64,000 nt of DNA from a plasmid, in sequence record NZ_CP020429.2; one strand, 5' to 3'. The translations under genes were made by a program, and so were the position numbers. The notes beneath the pieces are model-generated. The model saw only the letters and a program-made list of their open reading frames with translations. It was not told the origin of the DNA and did not search any database. This document shows positions 48,138-56,294 of the stretch, in pieces; positions within the stretch are counted from its first letter, which is position 1, and each line of letters begins with the position of its first letter.

Positions 48138-50165
48138 ATGAAACGTGTTTTTATATTCATCTCGACTATCCTGTTTTCTTGCTACTTAGTCACAATGATT
48201 GTTCAACAAAATCAGCAACTATCTTTTTCGAGTTATAATGCTGTAGATGTGACTGGTCAGGCTTTGACTGATCATAAGGTATCTAATCGTAAGGAAGTAA
48301 CAGATGCTTTAACTAATTTAGCTGATGAGCATAATAGCTTAATTGCTAGACGGATTGTTCAACCAAATGAAAAGGGTGAAATAGATTTTCGTTATCAGTT
48401 TTACGGACACGTTTCTCCACCTTCTAATTTAAAAAGGGCTTCTCAGGAGAGTGCTGAAGGCAGTGATATAGTTAGTAACTATCTAATTGTCTCAGGTGAT
48501 TTAAAGGGAGCAGAACTTATCTCGACATTCAGTCAGCTTGGCTATAATGCGGTTGATTTTTCTTCTTATTCAATACTGTCTTTACTTTTAACAATATTAT
48601 TGAATGAGGTTTCACTTATTAGTTTCGCATTATTTCTGTTGACCTTTGCTTCACTAGTGTTGATTTACCGAATAAAGGATTTAAGGGATGCGGGAATCAA
48701 GCTTGTTTCGGGGCAAAGCATGATGAAAGTAATGTTATCATCATTTATCGTTGATGCTAGGCAGTTATTGATTGCATATTGTTTATCTATTCTTATTGGG
48801 GGAGTAGGTTTGTGGCATTTTCGGATTTTGCAATCTTTGCCTATATTACTTTATTTTACAGGAGTAACTTTATATTTTTTTGCACTATGTTTTATTTCTC
48901 TTGGGTTAAGTTTAATATATCTACTAGGGTTAAAAGCAACTTCTTTAGTTGAAGTTATGAGAGGGCGCCTCCCCTTAAGAAGACTTCTAGGAGTGATGTT
49001 CTTAGGACAATTCGTTGCAATTGTAGTTGTTGGTATTACTGTAGGTACGTTGTTGAATAGTTATCAAGATTTTGTGCAATTAAATAGTGCTAAAGAAGAG
49101 TGGTCTATAAATAGAAATTACTACCAGCTATCTTATAGTTATAGCTCTGCCTTTACACAAGGTAAGGAAGAAGAAAAGCAGAATAAGTCTTGGTATGACT
49201 TCGCAAATCGTACTCTAAAGGATGATAAAGGGCTATTTGTAAAAACAAATTTACGTCAGTTCTTAGTATCAAATATAGCTAATGGGGTTAAAATAACAGA
49301 CTATGTGCCTAATGGGAATACCATTTATGTTTCACCTAATTACTTGGAAAAGCAAAATGTTGGTGTCTCCGATGAATTTTTAGCACAAATGAAAAAACTT
49401 AAGCGTGGCGAATTTGGATTAATAATTCCAGAGAAGTTGAAGAGTAGTAGGAAAGAGTTAGAGAGTATATATTCAGAATATATGTCAGGTTTCTCAAGTC
49501 GTAGTCTAAATCCTCATAGTCATCACTTATTTAAGGTATCGGTCTCTACCGAATTCGTGAAAGATAAGAAAAAGCGTTTTTTGTACAATACAGATAGTGA
49601 CATACCTATGCAATTCCTTAATGATCCTATTATTGTTGTGACTACCCCTGAAGCAATGGGAGATACACCAAGTAGTCAGTTATTTTGGGGGACAGAAGTA
49701 GGTTCGGGACTACACATGACGGGCTATAAGGATAGCATTGATTTACTTAAACAAGGTGGTGTTTATCAATGGGTTTCTTATTTGACTAATAATCGTAATA
49801 GCTACTATAAGATTCTTTCAGAGAGTCGTAGTCGCCTTGCTTTTCTATTAATTGGTGTTTTATTAGGTTTATTGACCTCTATACTTTTATTTGATAGTAT
49901 GAACCTTCTTTACTTTGAGCAATTTAGAAAAGAAATCTTTATCAAGCGATTATCTGGTATGAGGTTTGAAGAAGTGCATTTTAACTATCTTTTTTCACAA
50001 ATCTGTGTTTTAGGTGTTGCACTTGTATTTTTGATTTTCTTGACTCATCATTTGATTATGAGTTTACTTATAGTTTCCTTGTTTATTATCAACATGTTTA
50101 CCATTTTATACAAACAGACGCTTACTGAGAGTAGAACTTCAGTCAGTGTTTTGAAAGGAAAGTAA
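48138..50165 (+). CDS. bacteriocin-associated integral membrane protein (LclB-like, DUF1430 type)
   Basis: 675 aa, N-terminal TM, large extracytoplasmic region, C-terminal TM bundle; genetic context. Confidence 0.75.
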   Translation: MKRVFIFISTILFSCYLVTMIVQQNQQLSFSSYNAVDVTGQALTDHKVSNRKEVTDALTNLADEHNSLIARRIVQPNEKGEIDFRYQFYGHVSPPSNLKRASQESAEGSDIVSNYLIVSGDLKGAELISTFSQLGYNAVDFSSYSILSLLLTILLNEVSLISFALFLLTFASLVLIYRIKDLRDAGIKLVSGQSMMKVMLSSFIVDARQLLIAYCLSILIGGVGLWHFRILQSLPILLYFTGVTLYFFALCFISLGLSLIYLLGLKATSLVEVMRGRLPLRRLLGVMFLGQFVAIVVVGITVGTLLNSYQDFVQLNSAKEEWSINRNYYQLSYSYSSAFTQGKEEEKQNKSWYDFANRTLKDDKGLFVKTNLRQFLVSNIANGVKITDYVPNGNTIYVSPNYLEKQNVGVSDEFLAQMKKLKRGEFGLIIPEKLKSSRKELESIYSEYMSGFSSRSLNPHSHHLFKVSVSTEFVKDKKKRFLYNTDSDIPMQFLNDPIIVVTTPEAMGDTPSSQLFWGTEVGSGLHMTGYKDSIDLLKQGGVYQWVSYLTNNRNSYYKILSESRSRLAFLLIGVLLGLLTSILLFDSMNLLYFEQFRKEIFIKRLSGMRFEEVHFNYLFSQICVLGVALVFLIFLTHHLIMSLLIVSLFIINMFTILYKQTLTESRTSVSVLKGK

Positions 50166-50166
50166 T

Positions 50167-50829
50167 ATGATTGCAATTAAGAAACTAAGCAAATATTTTG
50201 GTAAGCGAGTTATTTTTGATGATTTAAATTTATCTTTTGATAAAGGAAAGATATATGCGCTTATCGGAGAAAGTGGCTCTGGGAAAACAACTCTTTTAAA
50301 TATTCTGGCAAAACTAGAGACTTATGATAGTGGTTCTGTCACTTATGATGGTACAGACTTGAAAGAGATTAAATCTCAAGTCTATTATCGTGATTATTTG
50401 GGTTATTTGTTTCAAAACTTTGGGCTTATTGAAAATGATAGTATAAGTTACAACCTGGATTTGGGGTTGGTAGGAAAGAAACTCAGAAAGAATGATATTC
50501 AAGAATGCAAAGAAAAAGTGATGAAAGATGTTCATCTGGAACATTTAAATCTTAATCAAAAAATATACGAATTATCTGGCGGAGAAGCACAGCGTGTTGC
50601 TCTGGCTAAACTTTTTTTGAAAAATCCTCCTATCATACTAGCTGATGAGCCAACAGCTTCTTTGGATCCTGATAATGCTCAAGAAATTATGGACTTAATT
50701 CGATCACTAAAAAATCCAAATCGTATCATTATTATTGCTACCCATAATCCAGGTATTTGGGAACAAGCAGATCAAGTAATTCGATTAAATAAGATTCGAT
50801 ATAACAACTCTAACGACGATATTAGTTAG
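50167..50829 (+). CDS. ABC ATP-binding protein of the lactococcin 972 module
   Basis: GESGSGKTT, LSGGEAQRVALAK, ILADEPTASLD. Confidence 0.85.
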   Translation: MIAIKKLSKYFGKRVIFDDLNLSFDKGKIYALIGESGSGKTTLLNILAKLETYDSGSVTYDGTDLKEIKSQVYYRDYLGYLFQNFGLIENDSISYNLDLGLVGKKLRKNDIQECKEKVMKDVHLEHLNLNQKIYELSGGEAQRVALAKLFLKNPPIILADEPTASLDPDNAQEIMDLIRSLKNPNRIIIIATHNPGIWEQADQVIRLNKIRYNNSNDDIS

Positions 50830-51264
50830 TTTTGATATCGAGAACCTATTTTAAGAGGTATTTTGACCTATTCTCGTAAGATATCCTGAGGAGATGCAAA
50901 TACCATATAATGTAAGAAATAAAGTCAGTTGGGTCGTTGAAATTGTCAAAATTAACAGAAAATTCTTGACATATCCCTAAAAAGGGGTAAAACAGTTAGT
51001 ATATCAGAAAGTAACTGGTCTTAGATTTTCAGGGAGCCTGCGGTGATTGTGAGTAGGTAATCGAGATGAGTGTTAGTTTCAAAAACAAGTGAAATCTTTT
51101 AATTCTGATTAATTCTGTGGTATTCTTAATAAGTCTCATAAGTTCTTCCTAATGATATTTTGGTTGCTTTTCATTATAGTTCTTATGGGACTTTTTGTGT
51201 ACACTCAAAAAGCTCTATAATCTTTACAGTGGTTTTACCCACTACAGAAATTATAGAGCCACAT

Positions 51265-51402
51265 TTTGGGACTTGTTTTTCTTTGTCAGTTAGAATGAGG
51301 ATTCTAACTGTTTTTTTATTAGCTAAATTAGGATAATAAAAATAGATATAAATTTTCAATAAATACAAAATAGGTATTGTACGATATGTATAAAAGTGAT
51401 AT
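51265..51402 (+). repeat. 138-bp direct repeat, copy B
   Basis: See copy A; immediately upstream of the ABC-2 ATPase gene. Confidence 0.85.
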
Positions 51403-51433
51403 TCTTTTTGTAAGAAAGGAGAGGAGAGATTTA

Positions 51434-52360
51434 ATGACTTGGTTCTTAAAAGTTGATGATGTAACAGTCAAGTATGAAGACTTTGTAGCTTTAGATTCAG
51501 TTTCAATTGAAATTTCTAAAGGAGATTTTATTGGTTTACTAGGGTCAAATGGTGCAGGAAAGTCAACATTTATTAATACGATTGTTGGCTTACAACCTAT
51601 GTATAGAGGAAGCGTGGAATATAATGAGACGGAGTTGAGTAATAAGCAACAACCATTTTCAAACATTGGGTTTAATCCTCAGACTGCTGTTATGGATTTT
51701 TATACTACTGTAAAAGATAATGTTATATTGGGTTTGAATCTAGCTGGAATATTTGGTAGTAAAGCAGATGAACTGTGTATGCAAGCTTTGGATGTTTTAA
51801 ATCTTTCAGATAAAAAAGATAAATTGGTTGATTCCTTATCAGGGGGACAGTTACAACGTGTTCAGCTTGCCAGAGCTATTGCACATAAACCAGATTTTTA
51901 CATTTTGGATGAGCCGACAGTAGGTTTAGATACAGAATCTTCAGATCGCTTTTTATCATATTTAAAGGATGAATCGAATAAGGGGAAAACCATTATTATA
52001 TCTTCCCATGATATTAACTTGATTGAAAGATTTTGTGAAAAAATCCTATTTTTAAAAAATAAACAAATTTCATATTGGGGAACTCTAGAAGATTTTGTTA
52101 ATAGAACGAATCGTAAAGTTGTATTCTCATTGGATCATCCTCTAACTAATGAACAGTCAGAGTTTCTTACTTCTTATAAAGAGAATGTCGTAATTTACAA
52201 TGACACCGAATGTATGATTAGTGTTGATAAAGATGATAATGTTATAGCAGTAATAAATGATTTAGGTGAAGTTTTAAGTATTAAGGGCATTTCTATCGAG
52301 AGAGAGTACCTACGAGATCGTTATCTAGAAGTTGTGAGGGATTCATATGAAAGCAAGTGA
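51434..52360 (+). CDS. ABC-2-type exporter ATP-binding protein with a C-terminal extension
   Basis: RBS AAAGGAGAGGAGAG; GSNGAGKST, LSGGQLQRVQLARA, YILDEPTVGLD. Confidence 0.8.
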   Translation: MTWFLKVDDVTVKYEDFVALDSVSIEISKGDFIGLLGSNGAGKSTFINTIVGLQPMYRGSVEYNETELSNKQQPFSNIGFNPQTAVMDFYTTVKDNVILGLNLAGIFGSKADELCMQALDVLNLSDKKDKLVDSLSGGQLQRVQLARAIAHKPDFYILDEPTVGLDTESSDRFLSYLKDESNKGKTIIISSHDINLIERFCEKILFLKNKQISYWGTLEDFVNRTNRKVVFSLDHPLTNEQSEFLTSYKENVVIYNDTECMISVDKDDNVIAVINDLGEVLSIKGISIEREYLRDRYLEVVRDSYESK

Positions 52361-53147
52361 ACTTAGACACAAGTCAGATTTAGGCGTAAGAGGAATTGAG
52401 ATTATAGCAAAGAATGAATTAGTAGCTTTTTTTAGAAGTAAGGGGCTACTACTTTCTCAATTATTACAACCTATTTTGTATGTTGTTTTTATTGTGATAG
52501 GATTAAATTCAGCGATTAGTAAGGTAAATTATGATCATATCATTACATCCTATACAGAGTATGCAATAACTGGAATTATCGGCTTATTGATTATTGGTCA
52601 GATGACTCAAGTTATTTACAGGGTGACTATAGATAAAAAATATGGGTTACTGTCTTTAAAATTATGTAGTGGTGTAAAACCTATTTATTACATTTTAGGG
52701 ATGAGTGTGTATTCTTTATTAGGGTTATTAGTTCAAGAATTTATTATTTACTTGGTTTCAAGTATGTTCGGTGTAGCAATACCATTATATAACTACTTTT
52801 TGATAATTCTATTGTCAATAGTCTCATTATTCTTTTGGAATGGTATAGCAATTTTAATTACTATGTTTATTAATGATTATAGGAGAAGAGACATTGTTAT
52901 CAGATTCTTTCTAACTCCCCTAGGATTTACAGCACCAGTCTTTTATATTTTTGACTCGTCCCCTATGGTAATCAAATGGTTTGCTTTAATTAATCCACTG
53001 ACTTATCAGTTAGATATTATGAGAAAAGTATATTTTGGTATTGCTGAATTAAAGGATATTGCCATTTTAGTGATAGCTACTCTTATTTCGCTAGTCGTGA
53101 CCTCTTTGGTTATTCCTAAAATCAACCTTATTTTGCTTGAACGTTAA
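52347..53147 (+). CDS. ABC-2-family permease (6 TM)
   Basis: 266 aa; coupled overlap with the ATPase gene. Confidence 0.75.
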   Translation: MKASELRHKSDLGVRGIEIIAKNELVAFFRSKGLLLSQLLQPILYVVFIVIGLNSAISKVNYDHIITSYTEYAITGIIGLLIIGQMTQVIYRVTIDKKYGLLSLKLCSGVKPIYYILGMSVYSLLGLLVQEFIIYLVSSMFGVAIPLYNYFLIILLSIVSLFFWNGIAILITMFINDYRRRDIVIRFFLTPLGFTAPVFYIFDSSPMVIKWFALINPLTYQLDIMRKVYFGIAELKDIAILVIATLISLVVTSLVIPKINLILLER

Positions 53148-53289
53148 TTTCAGAGATAAATAAGGATTAAGAAGTAATTCTAAGGAGATTAGTTATTATT
53201 TGACTTTAGAATCGTTTCGTTATTAATGTGAGAAATAAAAATTTCAAATGATTTTACAAAATAAGTGTTCAAACCAATTGTAAAATGAA

Positions 53290-53550
53290 ATGTCTTGTAA
53301 AGGACTAAGTCCTTTCTCAGCCATCCAGCAGTTCTATCAACTTTTTCCAAAAGACTTTTTAAACTCCTTTACCTCAGTCCGAGGAAAGGAGTTCTTTTGT
53401 TACCCTTTTGTAGAAGATCTTGATCTAGATTTTTACTTTGCGGATGCCTATTCTTCCTGGAAAAGAGGAAATAACGAAACCTCCAATGGTTTACTTAGAG
53501 AATATTTCCCTAAGAAGACTGATTTGGCAGCCATTAGTAATGAAGACTAG
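53290..53550 (+). pseudogene. IS30-family transposase C-terminal fragment
   Basis: ...FYFADAYSSWKRGNNETSNGLLREYFPKKTDL matches the conserved IS30 C-terminal block; no N-terminal part. Confidence 0.65.
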
Positions 53551-53910
53551 TTCTCAGCAAAACCATCGACCACGCAAATGTTTAGGATACAGAACACTCT
53601 TGGAGGCACTTTAAGTGAGTGGTAAAAATGTTGCACTTATTCTTGCAATTTACCATATACTAAAAAGGAGTTTGAGGGCTCCTTTTTATTGACTAGATTC
53701 TTCGTATGGAATATTAGAGGATGCCTTTAATAATATAGAAAAGCCAGTTCCCATCATTATTAGGATAGCTGGCTTTAGGGAAATGGCTTTTATTGTATGA
53801 ATTTGATATACTTTTATATGTAGAAAAGTGATAGACGGTGGCTTTCATCCATTAGAGAGGAGTGATGCCTATGGGCAAGCATTCGAAATCTAGTAGAAAG
53901 GAGAGCCGTT

Positions 53911-54015
53911 TTGACAGCGTTTGAGGTTGTGCAAACCATTCTAGGCTTTGGTAGTTTTACTATTGCTCTTATTGGTTTATGCTACAAGCTCTTTAAAAAC
54001 GATGACAAAAAATAA
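53911..54015 (+). CDS. candidate type I toxin peptide (holin-like toxin or Fst/TxpA-like)
   Basis: RBS AAAGGAGAG before a TTG start. MTAFEVVQTILGFGSFTIALIGLCYKLFKNDDKK has one TM and a KK tail. Hairpin terminators follow at 54016-54050 and 54098-54130. Confidence 0.5.
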   Translation: MTAFEVVQTILGFGSFTIALIGLCYKLFKNDDKK

Positions 54016-54338
54016 TCCGTCCCCACTTTTGGCGAAGTAAGACGGATTATTTTCGTTTAAAACTAGCCACCGTCTTTTAAACGGATCTACATGGAAGTTG
54101 AGTAGAAGTTCAACTTCCTTTTTCAGTTTTTATTTTAGCAAATTAGCTGAATTTCGTCAAATTGATAACACGTTATTGCTTAGAGTTGTTCATAAAACGT
54201 TAATCATGTACTGGTATGAGCATTGATAAGCAATAGTTTAGGTCAAGGAAATAGGATCATCGTTTTCGAAAACCAGTTTGCGTGTAGTAATGATGTTTTT
54301 GTAAATCTAAACCACTATTTTAAGAGGTGAATAAGACT

Positions 54339-55364
54339 ATGAGTATAGTTAAGGACTGTTTTGAAATAATAAAATATTTTCATGAAAAGGTAATGAGATA
54401 CCGTAAAAACATTGTCATTGAGTCGCTTGTCCCATATGATGGTAGATTATTTGAAAATTCAAGTGAAAAATTAGAATGGCAATCAAAAAACATATACTCT
54501 AACCTAATCAAGAATACACTTTTTATTCAAAATAGAAGTGAAGAAAAGCAAGTAGTAACTTCGGTAGTACTTACTAATGTAAAATTTGAGAAAGAGTATA
54601 TTGATTATATCCAATATGATGGTGGTTTTAGAAATGATGATCAGAAGTATGTCTTTTTTTTGATAAATAATGGTAATCTTAAAGGTGAGTCACAAGAATA
54701 TACTATCAAATTTTATGCTCAAGGATCTTATGAGCACGAAAAGGAGTTACTTTTTCAGAGTGATATTCCAGAGACTTCTATTGATTCAGGTGAAATAAAG
54801 GTTGCTGAAGTGGTTAATTGTAAAGAGAAATTTAGCAACTATTTTCATAATCATGAAAAAACTCGATTAATTATTGAGGTTAGTTGCTATAGTAAAGTAA
54901 TATATACAGATTCCCTTGACTATATAAGAAACAATAATAAGTTCATCAAGCAATTAGGTGGAGCTGAAAAACCATTTGATTCTGAAAATATTATATTCAG
55001 AATTGATAAAGATTTTAGCTTTGCAAAGAGAATTACGCAAAAGTGTCAAAAAGAATTAAATCCTGGGAATAATAGTCTTGAATTTTTTATTTTATCTGAT
55101 GAATCTGGAAAATTAACATATTCTTATGAACTATATAGCGGGAAATATGTATTAAAAGATGAAACATCCGATAAAGAAATTAGTTTGAATATATTTGTTC
55201 CCCAATATAAAACAATTATTAGTACCTTCTATGGTAAGTTTTATTACAGTTTATTAAAAGAAAAGCTGAATCCTCAAGATACTTTTTCGAAAGATGTTAT
55301 TAAATCGATATCATCCGATATAGTTTATGAGAAATACGAATATATTAATCAAATTACTTGGTAA
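54339..55364 (+). CDS. hypothetical protein, AT-rich orphan gene upstream of the type I RM system
   Basis: RBS AAGAGGTG; 341 aa, soluble, Lys/Asn/Glu-rich. Confidence 0.5.
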   Translation: MSIVKDCFEIIKYFHEKVMRYRKNIVIESLVPYDGRLFENSSEKLEWQSKNIYSNLIKNTLFIQNRSEEKQVVTSVVLTNVKFEKEYIDYIQYDGGFRNDDQKYVFFLINNGNLKGESQEYTIKFYAQGSYEHEKELLFQSDIPETSIDSGEIKVAEVVNCKEKFSNYFHNHEKTRLIIEVSCYSKVIYTDSLDYIRNNNKFIKQLGGAEKPFDSENIIFRIDKDFSFAKRITQKCQKELNPGNNSLEFFILSDESGKLTYSYELYSGKYVLKDETSDKEISLNIFVPQYKTIISTFYGKFYYSLLKEKLNPQDTFSKDVIKSISSDIVYEKYEYINQITW

Positions 55365-55412
55365 ATAATTGATTATATTCTCAGCCAATTGGTTGGTTCA
55401 TCTGGGGACACG

Positions 55413-55580
55413 ATGAAGCAATTCGTTCCTTATTCAAGAATTGAGGACTTAGAAAAATCGCTAGATAATTTAAGAGTGGAAGTGTCTGATAACCTTAGTT
55501 CAAGTTTAAATAATATTGAATCCTCGATCTCGAATTTAGAAGACGCAATGAGTCAATTAAGATTTGATTTAAAGGATTAG
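55413..55580 (+). CDS. small coiled-coil protein (55 aa)
   Basis: Heptad-like LEKSLDNLRVEVSDNLSSSLNNIESSISNLEDAMSQL. Confidence 0.3.
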   Translation: MKQFVPYSRIEDLEKSLDNLRVEVSDNLSSSLNNIESSISNLEDAMSQLRFDLKD

Positions 55581-56294
55581 CTCATTTCTATAATGGCCTC
55601 TAAAACAGTAGTATTATATTAATTATATGTTCCACTGTACTCTTAATGTTTGACCAGCGAAAAAGATATATGTAGTTCGTAGTGGTTTATAATAGTATTT
55701 TGTCGTGGATAGAATTTTACATATATCTATTTCAGTCAAGAAGTACGATTGGAATCGCGATTTAAAAGCTAAAAAATGATTAATTCAACGAAATAAAAAT
55801 ACTCCTGAGTCTTCTCAGGAGCATACAAAAAAGGCTGAGAACTCATTCGGGGATTTACCTGAAAAACAGGAGGCAGCACCTCTACCTGAAACGGATAGAC
55901 CGCAACCTTTGAATGAGTCGTCACCGACTCAAACTCAGTCTCAACCTTTATTTAATTTTACCAAAACCGAAGTGTCAGAGTCAATTTATAAGGCATGATA
56001 GAATGGGATAGCCAAGAAATATTAATATAGATAAAAAATGTAGGAGTTTCTTCTGCATTTTCTTTTTTAGGCTCAAATACAGATATGATGTATTAATGTG
56101 TCTGAGTGACAACTTGAAGTGTGGTTAGCTATCTACTAACGCCAAGGCTGTCAAGGTCTTCCTTATGTTTTCATTGCTTTCATGGTATAATCAAAGGGAT
56201 ATTATCTTGGAAATGATGCAACAAGTCTAGGTAACATCATTTTTAGATATAGCAATTTGTAAACGAAATGGTAAATAGTAAAAGGGAGACTCAA

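Noticed and set aside
55779-55998. 73-codon Pro/Gln/Thr/Ser-rich open frame without a start codon upstream of hsdM
   Set aside because: It looks like a degraded fragment of a secreted or linker-containing protein. There is no start and no RBS. It is mentioned as a remnant only.
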